A DNA stretch of 59,757 nt, filler included, from Malassezia furfur (Eukaryota), in the NCBI GenBank assembly GCA_052055015.1. It is 2 parts of 2 records of this genome, joined end to end, with 100 filler letters (N's around TTAATTAATTAA, not from the genome) between each part and the next. Parts side by side here need not be neighbours in the genome. Positions count along the whole stretch, not along the records: positions 30,288 to 59,757 come from JBQJIT010000103.1; 1 more part is not named here. One strand, 5' to 3'. The notes beneath the pieces are model-generated. The model saw only the letters and a program-made list of their open reading frames with translations, did not search any database and was not told the DNA's origin. The translations under genes and the position numbers were made by a program. Position 1 is the stretch's first letter. Every line of letters starts with the position of its first letter. This document shows positions 45,157-58,416 of this stretch, piece by piece.

Positions 45157-47497
45157 TTAAGTGGGCACCTCGGGAGCAGGCAAGACACGGCTCATTGTAT
45201 TCCGGAAACTGCGCGCAAGCCGCAGCATACCTTGCGCCGCTAAGTCGAGCGACCATAGGCTTACGTTGCGAACACGTTGCGTATTCGCCTGTTGCGACGT
45301 GACGTGATTGGCGAGCGCCTCGTAAATCCTGCGTGATACGAGTGGCAGTAGGCCCGTTTGGGCAAGGTCCAAGGACCCATCAAATTCGCTCTGCGGTCAG
45401 AAAGGGGCACGTACGAGATCCATGACAATCCGGCAGTTCACCGGAATTAGTGTCTTGTGTGCATTCATGAAAGCCACAACGGGCCGTGCGAGTGCATAGG
45501 AAGAGTAGCTGAGTTCCCGTGTAAAGATCGGCATGGATGCTTTGATGTCTTTCAGGCGCACGTCCATTTCAATGACCACGGATGGGGGAATCATCTTTGC
45601 CTCGCCGTCCTCCGAATCGGTGACGAGCGACAGACGTGGCGCTTCGGTCGGAATGCTCGGCGCCTGGCCACGGCGCGCAAGATTTTTCGTTTCCTGGTCG
45701 TGCTCGACACGCTCCTTTTGTGCGCGCTCTGCGACCGGACCCACGGCGGCAACCGGCGCATAAATGGCCGGTCCACTCAGTTCAGGCTGACCAGGAATGA
45801 GTGCCTCTTGACTGGTACGTTTGGTCGGCTCGGTAGCAAAAGTGCTGCTGAGGTTCTCAAGGATCTCGGAGATGATCGTGTTGATATCAACATCCTTGTC
45901 ATACTCGCGCGGAAATTTGATATCGGCCACCACTGCGTTAGTTGTGCAACGTACGGTCAAAGCGACCCGAGTAAATCCAGGTCAGTGGTCCTGCCATGCC
46001 GGCCATTTTTTGCACATGATCAATGTTGACACCATCAACGCGCAGTCGAGACTGGGTTAGGAAAAAAAACATACCCAGTTCTGAAGGTAGTGGCCCTTGT
46101 GCTTCCCGTAGAGGTGGTGAGAGGTATGTTGGACGCTCTGCGGTTTGTGCAGGCTGAACAGACACCCGTCAATCTGGCCCGTGATGGAGTCGGCATTGAG
46201 CAGATCGTAAAAGAGCCACTGCAGACGCAGCCGAGGAACCCGCATTTCGAAAATGCTCGCGTTGAACGGACGGAAGTTCCCTGGCTGGTACACGGTCACG
46301 AGGAAGTCTTCCATCCGGAACGAAGCCAGATCCAAGTCGCCCGGCTTGGGCTTCCGCCGCGACTGACGCGGATCGTAGGGGACGTCAGGATCCCAGAACA
46401 CGTTGCGCCGGTCAACGATGCCTCGCACACCCCGCATCTCAGCCGCGTAGATCAAGCCATGCCCATCCAACCACCGCCGCAGACTCAGCTGGACGTCCAA
46501 GGAGTCGATCCGGAGCTCAAACATGGCAAAATTCTTGTCGTGCTTCTCCTCCTCGGGCAAAGACGCCAGCTCTTCATTACCAAGCGGCGACACGACTTCG
46601 TCACCTGTATCAAAGGCAGGAATGTCGTGATATAAGGTCAAGTGCGGATCGGCTTGGCGGTGGGTATGTCCATCGCTTTCATGCGCCTGGCGCTCGTTCT
46701 GCAGCTCCGCCGGTGCGATGGGCTCCGCTCGACGCGTGACCACAACATCACGAAAGCTGATCCGTCCTTCACGCCACTTGGGAACAATGGCGCTACCACA
46801 CACCACCGTGAAGCCAGTTTGTTTGGAAATGTAGTTGGCCAGGCGCAGCGCAATGTGTTCTGGATGAGCGGGAAGTCGAGCGTACCTTGCAGATTGAGCA
46901 GATTGAGCGCCGCAAAAATCACCGAGACAAACGTGGTGCTGTGTGAGTGTGCCATACGTACGTTCCAACGATCACCCAGATCGCCGTGCCAAGACCGCCC
47001 AACGTAAAGAAGGCACTGATCTCATCGATGTTAAACCGACGGAAACTGCGGATGGTGAACCACTTGAACCGGATACGCATGCGTGTCCAGAATCCACGCG
47101 CAATCCGAAGCAAGTCCTCTTGTGTGGGTGTATGCCGCGGGGTACTTGGTCGCGCGCCTGCCGACCCTTGGGCTGCGTTCGCGACTTCACCTGTCCGTGT
47201 ACGCGTAAAGCTCCGCGCTTTCAATGCTAGTTCACGCAACGAGCGCGGATAGTTGTCAAACATGCTTTTGTTGGCTTCGACAAGCTCATGACTCGTGCTT
47301 GATGCCTTGGTCACCTCGCTCTCGTGGGAAGGCTTGTGCATAGGGTCCTCATTCTTGTTGTCCAGCCACCGCACACTCCAGTGCAGTGCACGCGACATAG
47401 ATGGGTTGAATGCATGCCTCACGACCGGGCTGTAAATCCAGCGAGCCGGTCGCGAGGTGTGCAACGAGAGTCGAATCGTGCATGCCATACGGGACAT
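45157..47497 (-). CDS. MDM31: Mitochondrial distribution and morphology protein Mdm31/32
   Basis: RIRFKWFTIRSFRRFNIDEISAF, GTTTF, AIVPKW, SRLRVDGVNIDH. Introns 46939-46961, 46860-46885, 46052-46074, 45933-45954, 45391-45414. Start 47497 or 47488. Confidence 0.93.
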
Positions 47498-47575
47498 CGC
47501 CCGCTCCGGACAAGTTCCTGGCAATTTGCACCAGAAAAGTCTCCACACGGGCCAACTACCTCCACGTGGAGAAGC

Positions 47576-48230
47576 ATGCAAGGAGCAACCGAGGAAGAGC
47601 GGCTCGTCCAGGAGCGCCAGCGCCTGGATGACGCGATCCTGGCGACGCAGAGAAGTAGGTTGTGTCGACTAATAGAGAACTTTCGGCTCTGCCTGAGCTC
47701 AAGGATGATGGAGCATTGGTGGATCAGTTGCGAACGAGCATCGTCGAGCATAGATCCCTCCTTGCGTCGCTACGCCAAGACCTCAGTATGGAAAAGCATA
47801 AGGTCGAGCAGTACGTGCACATCTTACACAGGGATCGATCTGTTCTCAGGGAACTAAAAACCATTTCACAAACGCTGGAACAAGAGCGTGATGCATTTCC
47901 ACCCCCGCAGCCCAAGTCTGAGAAAGAACTCATGCAAGCACTCATCACGATTACCAACCGAGCATTCCAAGACCAAGAACAATGCGCAGAGCTTCGACTG
48001 TTACTAGAGGTACGTTGCGCTTGCTGACACAGACTCTGTTGAATGCGCTATGGGAAACCCCCAGCCATCCATACGTGTCCACGCAAGACTACGACCAAGG
48101 CGTGGTCACTTACCTCCGCGAAACAAATGTCGTTGAAACGCATCCACAAAATACGGAACAGCTACGACTCGTGGCATATCATGAGCCATTGCCCGATACC
48201 CATACTGTGCGGCCAGCAGTATATCGTTAG
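47576..48230 (+). CDS. Putative kinetochore protein, CENP-K/Sim4/Mcm22-like
   Basis: Introns 47655-47677, 47811-47831, 48010-48032. Coiled coil then LLETLLNALWETPSHPYV...YLRETNVVETHPQNTEQLRLVAYH, matching the CENP-K C-terminal pattern (LE.L.N...P.DPYV...HP.D..R.RL..F). Confidence 0.8.
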
Positions 48231-48251
48231 ATATCACAAAAGCAAGCCACG

Positions 48252-49304
48252 TCACTTCTTCGATCCAGTGAGTGCCAAGATCTGGCGGGTCCAGATCTCA
48301 AAGTAGTCACGGAAGTAGAAGAGGAGCGCCTGTGACAACACAGCCTTGGTGATCTGTGCCTGCATGCCCTGGTACCAACCCCCGATGCCCTTCTCTTCGA
48401 AAATGTGACCCAGGACCTCGAACGCGTTCTTGTACGGCGTGTTCTTGGCCTGGAGACGGATCTTGGAAAGGATATAGGGGAAGCTGCGTCAGCTGAGGCC
48501 AATACGTACGTGACCACTGTGGCCAGTGTCTTGGAAAGAGCACCGATCAAAAACGACTTTCCAGGCGTCATGTGTCCGTCGGACGCAGCCAGAATCACCG
48601 TTTTGATGCCTGGGTGAGAGGTGGACACGTACGCTCGTAAACACCGTAGGTGATCGCAGGGTTCACCGTGAGCACCAAGCTCGGACGCAGGCCGCGCCAG
48701 AAGCCAGGGATGCCGTCCTTGTGGTAGATTTCCTTAATGTGGCCCACGATCGTTTCGTCTTCTTCATGGGCATCCGCGCCGATCTGCTGGCGGGTAGCAA
48801 TCACACCGACAGGCGTCGTGAAGAGCTGGCCAAGCGCGGCAGACACGGCACCAAGGATCAATTCGGTAGCCGTGTTCAGAGCAGGGGCTGCCTCGCTGGA
48901 GCGCAATACACGGCGAATATACAGAGAACGAACGAGGGTGTACCAGTAGAAGTAGGCGAACTCTGACCCGTCAGTGTGTCACTTACGCTGGAAGAACGCG
49001 TTGGCCATGTTGGCCACAAAGCCGCGATAAAGCGCGCCAGGACCTTCCTTGCTCTTCACGATCGAAATGAGCGTGCCGATAATTCCGATCTGCTTCTTAA
49101 CATCCGGGTGCGCCTTGGCATCGGACGCCTTGTCGGCCTGGATACGTGTCTTGACGCTGGCGATTAACAGGGTATACGTACGTATCGAGGGGGTATACCA
49201 CAGCATTGGAGAACACGCCTGCAGTTAGTATTCATCGCAAAAGGCAACGCACCTCCCAAAGCGCCCGCAAGCGCATTCTCAAATGGAGTCAAAGGTTGCG
49301 ACAT
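48252..49304 (-). CDS. ANT1: Peroxisomal adenine nucleotide transporter (mitochondrial carrier family)
   Basis: Spliced MSQPLTPFENALAGALGGVFSNAVVYPLDTVKTRIQ, FAYFYWY, SLVLTVNPAITYG, QITKAVLSQALLF. Introns 49219-49252, 49157-49181, 48963-48986, 48610-48632, 48484-48509. Confidence 0.9.
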
Positions 49305-49591
49305 TGTTGCAGACGGACGTAGGATCTCAAGGGAATGCGACGAGAACCGAGCGTGGGGAAGGGGCTAAGTTCCAATGCACGTCCGCGGCTGAATCAGCAG
49401 AATTTCCGGCTACGTTGGCGCGCCGGGCCAAACGAGTCCAAACACTGGCTAGATCGGGCGCCGAAAGTGGAGGAGCGCGGAGAAAAGCAGTTAGGGGAGG
49501 GGATATGGGACCGGAGCTACGAGGCACTGCAGCGCAAGCATCTACACAGTCGACGTTGCAAAACTTTCTCTAGCATCCGTGCGTAGGCATT

Positions 49592-51239
<1,648 letters not shown>

Positions 51240-51590
51240 CCTGCCGGAATAATCTGTAGAGATCAAAGTTCGCGGTGGGATGAAAACAACTCGGCTTCGA
51301 GTTCAGGGAGTGTGCGAAGTCCTGCAGAGCCCACGCGTTACACAAAGCCCTGAAATCCAACACGCTGTGTCAGCCATTCACCAAAAGCACGCAGCATGAT
51401 TATGTAATTCCCGCTACGGAAATGCGCCGACAAGCCTTGTCCCCAGCAGGAGCTGCACCACTTGCCGTATTTAGGGTCCCGCATCCACGTGCAAAAACCC
51501 CCACGTTAGGTTATCCCTTCAGAACGCGCCCATGTGGGGAATGTAATTGTGCAGATCGCACTGCAGGACCCTATGGACAAGCTCAGGCAC

Positions 51591-52604
51591 CTAGCGCTCC
51601 CAGCCTGCCACGAGCTCCTCTTGAAGCTTCTTGGCATTCCGGCTGGCCTCCAAATCCTCGAGGCTGCGCAGTTGTTCCACGATGTCGTGTGTCTTCCCGA
51701 AATAGATTTCCTGAAAGTCAGTCAGGGAGGCCTACCTGTAGCTGGTTCCGGATCTTACTCTCGACGTCCTCGATGAGGCGACCCAGATTGATGATATGAT
51801 TGGTGACATCGGTCACTTTCATAGTTTCTTCCGTCTGGGTGAGTAGCATGAGACATACCTGTCGGCTCAGACTCCCACTGAGGTCCACGTTCTTGCGAGC
51901 ACTAGCATCGCCATCGTGTCTGTTCAGAGTCAACATCACCGTGCTTGACAGCTTGTATTTGGCACTCTTGACTGTCGTGCTCGAGTCTGCCGATCCACTG
52001 GATGGCACAGTGGCGATTTCAAAGACATGAATGGAATCCCATGTCCCAAATGTTCCTTTCGCTGTTGCATCCGCCGAGCCCTCAAGGTCTGTTGTCAGTC
52101 ATGGGCCGTACCTTTCTTGAAGAGCACAACCCCGGCAAAGTTGGCTGGCGGATCTCCGGGCGAGTCAACACCCAAATCCCAGAGATATGTGCTCGTGTAT
52201 CCGGTCTCATAGTAGCTAAGCGTCAACATACGATCCACGTACAGCTTCTGATACGTCTCGAACGCATCGTTGGCATGCAGCTCTAATTCACGCAATTTGC
52301 CAGTGGGAACAGGTGCCATTTCTTCGTCACCATCCTGTAGGGGAGGGACCCATGTATTGCTGATCCAGCTACGCCAGCTCTCACCGTCGCGATTATAGTC
52401 GCAGCACAGGAACTCGCGCCCAGCCCCCTCCTTGGACTGGTCAATGCGCAAAGTCAGCGGCTGATCCACACTCGATGCAAGGTCATCGGCATGATCCGGG
52501 AGCATGTGAATAAGACGTTGCACATTCTTTGTGACATTCGCAGGTGGGAGCCGACGCAAGAGGTCGAGCGACAAGGACAGAGGGTCTTCGGCAGTGGCAC
52601 TCAT
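51591..52604 (-). CDS. CAP2: F-actin capping protein beta subunit
   Basis: LDLLRRLPP, SVDQPL, LCCDYNRDG, NLGRLIEDVE, EIYFGKT. Introns 52216-52242, 52089-52111, 51835-51858, 51711-51735. Confidence 0.96.
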
Positions 52605-52687
52605 CGCGGAGTGTGTCGACGTTCTGTTGGTGGAGGCCAACGGTACCACGTGGAGGAAGTGGCACCGGCGCTTGCGCAAGTGCCAAC

Positions 52688-53846
52688 ATGGTCGAGAAAA
52701 AGGTACAGGTCGTGGGCGCGCCGCCCGTTATGCACGCCCCACCCCAGGAGGTGGAAACAGACTCGGAACACGAAATGGACCACGAACATGAGGAATACAA
52801 TGAAGAAACCGCAAAAGACGAAGAACATGCCCATCCCGACGAAGGCATCGAAGAACTCATGTCCGCATTCCCGGACGATGAGACGGACATTGACTTGACG
52901 CACTTGCGTCTCACATCCACCAAATACCTCGATCTCCCGCGGTTTGCCAAGACGCTCCAACGACTGGGTCTTCGACAAAATGAGATCCGCACCATGCGCG
53001 GGAAGGACCTCGGCATTCTGACGCACTTAAAAGAACTGGATCTGTACGACAACCAGATCGAACATATTGCAGGTCTGGAGAATTGCAAAGACCTCGAGTA
53101 CGTACGATGATGCTCACAAAAGAATCCTAGATCTCTCCTTCAACAACATCCGGCATGTGTCCCGAGTCTCGCATTTGGCCAAGTGCCACACACTCTACCT
53201 TGTGCAGAACAAAATTGCACGCCTGCGTCCCACGGACCTCCAGGCACCCATTTCCGAAAGCCTTCGGAGCCTGGAGCTGGGCGGAAACCGACTGCGGTCG
53301 CTCGAAAACCTCCAGCACCTCACCAACCTAGAAGAGCTGTGGGTGGGGAAGAACAAAATCACCTCGCTGGACGGAATCCAAGCACTCAAAAATTTGCGCA
53401 TCCTGTCGATTCAGTCGAATCGGCTTACCTCGCTGGAGCACCTGGATGCCCTCACAAAGTTGGAAGAGCTCTATGTCTCGCACAATGGTCTCACCCAACT
53501 GTCAGGACTGGAGCACAACCATGAGCTGAACACACTCGACTTTGGTGCGAACCAGGTCGACTCGCTCGAAGGCGTGCAACATTTGTCCAAGATGTCGCAG
53601 TTCTGGGTACGTTTGAGTGGCTAACAGTAGGCAAATGACAACCAGCTCCAAGATATCAACCACATTGACCAATTCCTTGGCCCGCAGCTGATGCCCCAAC
53701 TGGAGACGGTGTACCTCGAGGGCAACCCGGCGCAGAAGAAGGAGGGCACTGGCTATCGGCGTAAAGTGCAACTCGCACTGCCGCAAATCCAACAGTTGGA
53801 TGCGACGTATGTTTTACCTACTTATGACAGGCCAGTTTGTCATTGA
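52688..53846 (+). CDS. SDS22: Protein phosphatase 1 regulatory subunit Sds22 (LRR)
   Basis: LRRs LGLRQN, LDLYDN, LDLSFN, LELGGN, LWVGKN, LSIQSN and LRR cap VYLEGNP...YRRKV..LPQIQQLDAT. Introns 53098-53122, 53607-53630, 53807-53830. Confidence 0.95.
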
Positions 53847-53905
53847 TCGCGCAAAAAGAGGTCAAATCGTTGGGATTGGGATGTATGGTACATAGAAAGG
53901 AGAGC

Positions 53906-54349
53906 TCAAGAACGCTGCGACTTAGACAGCAGCATGCGGTCCACGAGGCGCGAGTAGAACGTGCCATCCATGTGGCCGTCAGGCATCTTGGGTGCGCCAG
54001 GCTGGCCCGGCTCGGGGCGCTCAGAGCCGCCGTCGGACTCTTTGCCGAGGTACACGTACGGCTTGAGCTTGGTATCGTTCAGCCCCGGCGGCACCACGAA
54101 CGAGATCGTGCGGCCTTCGTCGATCCGGTGCGTGCGCAGGTTCCAAGTACGCTCACGGCCGTACTGGTCGTAGAGCTGGTTGCCGGCACGGTCTGCCAAC
54201 GCAATGCGCTTGCGCTGCATAATGTTGCCCGTGCGGGTGCCTGGATGAGCGGTGTCTCACGTACCCTTGTAGAAATCCTTGTTTGCCCGCTTGGAGTTCA
54301 GCGGGAGGCGGCTAGCCTTGGACATCGTGGCGAGTGTCGCGCGAAACAT
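53906..54349 (-). CDS. MRPL27: Mitochondrial ribosomal protein mL41
   Basis: MFRATLATMSKASRLPLNSKRANKDFYKGTRTG...FVVP...LKPYV; intron 54241-54264. Confidence 0.9.
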
Positions 54350-54541
54350 GGCCCACGGTAGTGTCCAACACGACTTCGCTCGTGGAAGTGGAAGAACCGT
54401 CCTGGTCACATGACTTACCGTACTACGTCATTAGTCAGAGACAAAAAAAGACTGCCCGACGCTCGAAGCAGGCTCTTCCGCCCTCTGCCACCACGCAGAG
54501 ATCTTCTTTGCGTGTGCTGGATATTGAGAACGTAATACAAC

Positions 54542-56460
54542 ATGCCCCCTATCTCTGCATCGAAGGCGAAACGTCAGGCGTACGTTGTCCCTGCTTGCTG
54601 ACCTCCAGTGAAAAGGCTGCCAAGGCCGCTGCCAAGGCCGACAAGAAGAGCTCGTCGGGTGCCACGGACTCGACCGAGGCGACGACCGCCACGACGTCGA
54701 CCAAGGCGACCAGCGTTGATGAGAAGGAAGGACCCATCACTGATATGAAGAAGCTTGCGCTCGCGACGGAGCGTAACGCTTCGGGTGTCGTCATTAGCGA
54801 CAAGCAAAGCCGTGACCTGCATATCGACAGTTTCTCCATGTCTTTCCACGGCCGTCTGCTCATCGACAATGCCCTGGTTCAGCTCAACTACGGCCAGCGT
54901 TACGGTCTGCTGGGTGAGAACGGCTCGGGTAAGACGACGTTCCTGGAAGCGCTCGCGAACCGCGACGTCGAGATTCCCGAGCACATCGACATCTACCTCG
55001 TCCGTGGTGAGGCGGAGCCCTCGGACGAGGACGCGCTCGACTTCATCATCAAGTCCGCTCGCGAAAAGGTTGCGCGCCTCGAGAAGGAGATCGAGGACAT
55101 GTCGGTTGCCGACGATGTCGACGAGGTGGCGCTCGAGCTCAAGTACGAGGAGCTCGAGGAGCTTGACCCGTCGACGTTCGAGGCCAAGGCCGGTGCCATT
55201 CTCCACGGTCTGGGCTTCTCGCAGCAGATGATGCACAAGCCGACCAAGGACCTGTCGGGTGGTTGGCGTATGCGTGTGTCGCTGGCGCGCGCGCTGTTCA
55301 TCAAGCCGCACCTGCTCCTGCTGGACGAGCCGACGAACCACTTGGACCTGGAGGCCGTCGTGTGGCTGGAGGCGTACCTCTCCACTTACAACCACATCCT
55401 GGTGCTGACGTCGCACAGTGCTGACTTTATGGACAATGTCTGCACCAACATTCTGGACCTGACCATCCAGAAGCAGTTCATCACCTATGGTGGTAACTAC
55501 TCGACCTACGTTCGCACCAAGTCGGAGAACGAGGTGAACCAGATGAAGGCGTACCACAAGCAGCAGGAGGAGATTGCGCACATCAAAAAGTTCATTGCCA
55601 GCGCGGGTACCTACGCCAACTTGGTCAAGCAGGCCAAGTCCAAGCAAAAGATCATCGACAAGATGGAGGCGGCCGGTCTCATCGAGCCGGTGGTCCAGCC
55701 CAAGCAGCTGCGGTTCAACTTTGAGGACGTGCGCAAGCTGCCGCCGCCGATCATTGCGTTCAACGACGTGGGCTTCAGCTACAGCGGCAAGAAGGAGGAC
55801 TTCCTGTACCAGGACTTGAGCTTTGGTATCGACATGGACAGCCGTGTGGCCATTGTGGGTCAGAACGGTACGGGTAAGTCGACGCTGCTTAACCTCATCA
55901 CCGGCGCCCTGATGCCGGTCGAGGGTAGTGTCCAGCGCCACGCCGGTCTGAAGCTCGGCAAGTACTCGCAGCACTCTGCCGATCAGCTCCCGTACGACAA
56001 GAGCCCGATCGAGTACATGGAGATCATGAACAAGGAGAAGTACCCCGACAAGGACGTGCAGTTCTGGCGCGGTCAGCTCGGCCGGTTCGGTCTGTCGGGC
56101 CAGCACCAGACGGCGGCGATCCGCACTCTCTCCGACGGTCTGCGTAACCGTGTGGTGTTTGCGCAGCTTGCGATGGAGAACCCGCACATTCTGCTGCTCG
56201 ACGAGCCGACGAACCACTTGGACATGGGCTCGATCGACGCGCTTGCGGCCGCCATCAAGGAGTTCGAGGGTGGTGTGGTGATTGTCTCGCACGACTTCCG
56301 CCTTATCTCGCAGGTGGCCGAGGAGCTCTGGGAGGTCAAGGACCGCAAGATTGTTAACCTGAGCAAGCAGGACATTGGCATCGCCGACTACAAGAAGATC
56401 CTGATGCAGAACAGTGCGCAGGCGATCGAGCGTGCCAAGGTCACCGCCAAGACTTCGTAA
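54542..56460 (+). CDS. ARB1: ABC-F ATPase Arb1/ABCF2
   Basis: Two ABC cassettes (GENGSGKT/LSGGW/LLDEPTNHLD and GQNGTGKS/LSDG), no transmembrane segments, KFIASAGTYANLVKQAKSKQK. ATG 54542; intron 54580-54608. Confidence 0.96.
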
Positions 56461-56571
56461 GCGGATCGCGGGCGACCATAGCAAAATTCTTTTTCTCCTG
56501 CAGCGAGCTTCTTCCTGTTAATGACCACATTCACGCACCTTCCCTCCTTCACGCCGCCTCGCCCGTCGCGC

Positions 56572-56598
56572 GGCGCGAGGCGCGAGGCGCGAGGCGCG
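56572..56598. repeat. GGCGCGA tandem repeat, about 3.9 copies, in the ARB1-HAP3 intergenic region
   Basis: ggcgcga ggcgcga ggcgcga ggcgcg read directly. Confidence 0.9.
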
Positions 56599-56764
56599 CT
56601 CATGAGTTTTTAGTCAGATTTCACGTGGCTGCTTATGCATGTGTCTGCAAAGTGGCAAAAGGAACCTCTCAGCGGAGACGCGGAATCGGCTCAATCCCTT
56701 CCTCGATTGGCTGGCATCAACAACGCCGTGAGCATTCGGTGGGAGCGAGGCGACTTGTGGGAGG

Positions 56765-57424
56765 ATGTCGAACGCGGAGGAAAGCCAAACCGCGACCGCG
56801 GATCTAAATGTGTCCGCCAATGAACCCAAAACGCAAGAGCAGGGCGCCGACGCGTCCGAAGTGAACGACGTGTCCGCGTCAGGCGCGTCATGGACGGGAG
56901 AAGGGCAAGGCTCCGAGAGCTCTAAGCTGGGTGGGTCGAGCGCACCGACCTCCTGGCCCGCACACCTCCCACCCCTCCCTTCGCATTCGGCAGGAGCTGA
57001 CTTGCCTATTGCCAACATCTCGCGTATCATGAAACGCGCACTGCCCGACAATGGCAAGATCGCGAAAAACGCGAAAGAATGCATGCAGGAATGCGTGAGC
57101 GAACTGATCAGTTTCATCACCTCGGAGGCGAGCGATCGCTGCGGGAGTGAGAAGCGCAAGACCATTAACGGCGATGACATCCTTTACTCGCTCCGTGTTT
57201 TGGGCTTCGACAACTACGAACAGGTCTTGAAAGTGTACCTCAGTCGCTACCGCCAGGCGCAAGAAGAGAACCCGCGGCAACGGCGCCGGAGATCTACGAA
57301 GCGGCGCGCGTCGACAGCCGACGGCGACCCTTCGGTCGCGGGCACGGGCTCGCAGGCAGGCGACGATGCCGACGACGATGGGGACGACATTGAGAGTGAA
57401 GAAGAACCGCAAGACGAGGAGTAA
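56765..57424 (+). CDS. HAP3: CCAAT-binding factor subunit Hap3/NF-YB
   Basis: Histone fold [15 protein letters not shown]...[35 protein letters not shown]. Confidence 0.96.
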   Translation: MSNAEESQTATADLNVSANEPKTQEQGADASEVNDVSASGASWTGEGQGSESSKLGGSSAPTSWPAHLPPLPSHSAGADLPIANISRIMKRALPDNGKIAKNAKECMQECVSELISFITSEASDRCGSEKRKTINGDDILYSLRVLGFDNYEQVLKVYLSRYRQAQEENPRQRRRRSTKRRASTADGDPSVAGTGSQAGDDADDDGDDIESEEEPQDEE

Positions 57425-57666
57425 GCGTCGACAGGAGAGCTGCATGCTTCTACACCCTACTGCGCTTTGTTGTACCTAGTAATGAATCGAAATCCGCATA
57501 CGAGAAGGTTGTTACCCGCACCCGCGCAGCGCGTGCCTTACGCATACACCGCACGTGTGCCGCACAGGCAGCTGGGCCGTGGCGTACGTCGGTGCATAGG
57601 GGAGGGTAGTAGGGGTGCGCCGGAATTACGAGCTATGGTCCGATTATTCTGTGGTCAGAAGCGGTG

Positions 57667-58260
57667 CTACGCACCCGAAACCAGCGCGAGGATCATCCTG
57701 AGGGGTAAGCAACGCAGACCAACGTACCGGTAGAGGTAGTAGAAGAAAGACAAGAGGTAGAAGCCGAGTTTCAAGAAGCTCTCCTTTTTGTGGCTCATGA
57801 GCGTCCGGAAGATTTCAGTTGCGTCGAGCAAATAGTTATTGTTGATGACTCTGCACGTGTGAGAGAGCGCGGAACATACTTGTTGGCGTTGTAGGCCACG
57901 AGCGGGACGTTGAGCACGAACGCAATCCACTGGCCGCTGAGCAGGAAGAGCGTCGTGAGGAACGCCTGCGCGCCCATCTCCGGCAGCGTGAACTGGTGTG
58001 AGCACAGCTGGGACGGCGGCGACGTACGTTGTTCAACTTCGAGCAGAGATCGATCGGGTTAATGTAGTCCGACTCGAGATCCGAGTAAAGGATCACCTGT
58101 GGTGTAAGCCAAGCGGCTGTCAGGCGTACGTACGTAGAACACCATCACAAACAGCAGGATCGCCGTCAGGAGGATCGCGAAGAGAAACAGCCAACCTGGC
58201 CGGTTAGTCTTGTCCGTTCATGGCGGGGAATACCGCGCAGTACGTACCATCGCCCGGCAT
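57667..58260 (-). CDS. ERV14: COPII cargo receptor Erv14/cornichon
   Basis: Spliced [14 protein letters not shown]...[19 protein letters not shown]...[34 protein letters not shown]. Introns 58196-58247, 58097-58133, 57993-58027, 57851-57879, 57698-57727. Confidence 0.96.
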
Positions 58261-58416
58261 TTTCTGTATGCACACCAATCGGTCAGCCGCCGCTCACACG
58301 CAGCTCTAGCACGTACCGTGCAATTCGCCTCGACACGGACAGCAGCAAAAAGGAGCCTAATCGGCGGAAACACGGTGCGGCTGCACGCGCGCATGCGATT
58401 ACATAAGACATCGGGT

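Noticed and set aside
2569..48230. Physical clustering of CENP-H-like, CENP-K-like, YCG1 and SMC5 as a chromosome-segregation cluster
   Set aside because: Spread over 55 kb among unrelated genes and split by an artificial contig linker.
48227..48254. Convergent overlap of CENP-K-like and ANT1 stop codons
   Set aside because: After splicing, ANT1 ends at 48252, leaving a 21-bp gap.
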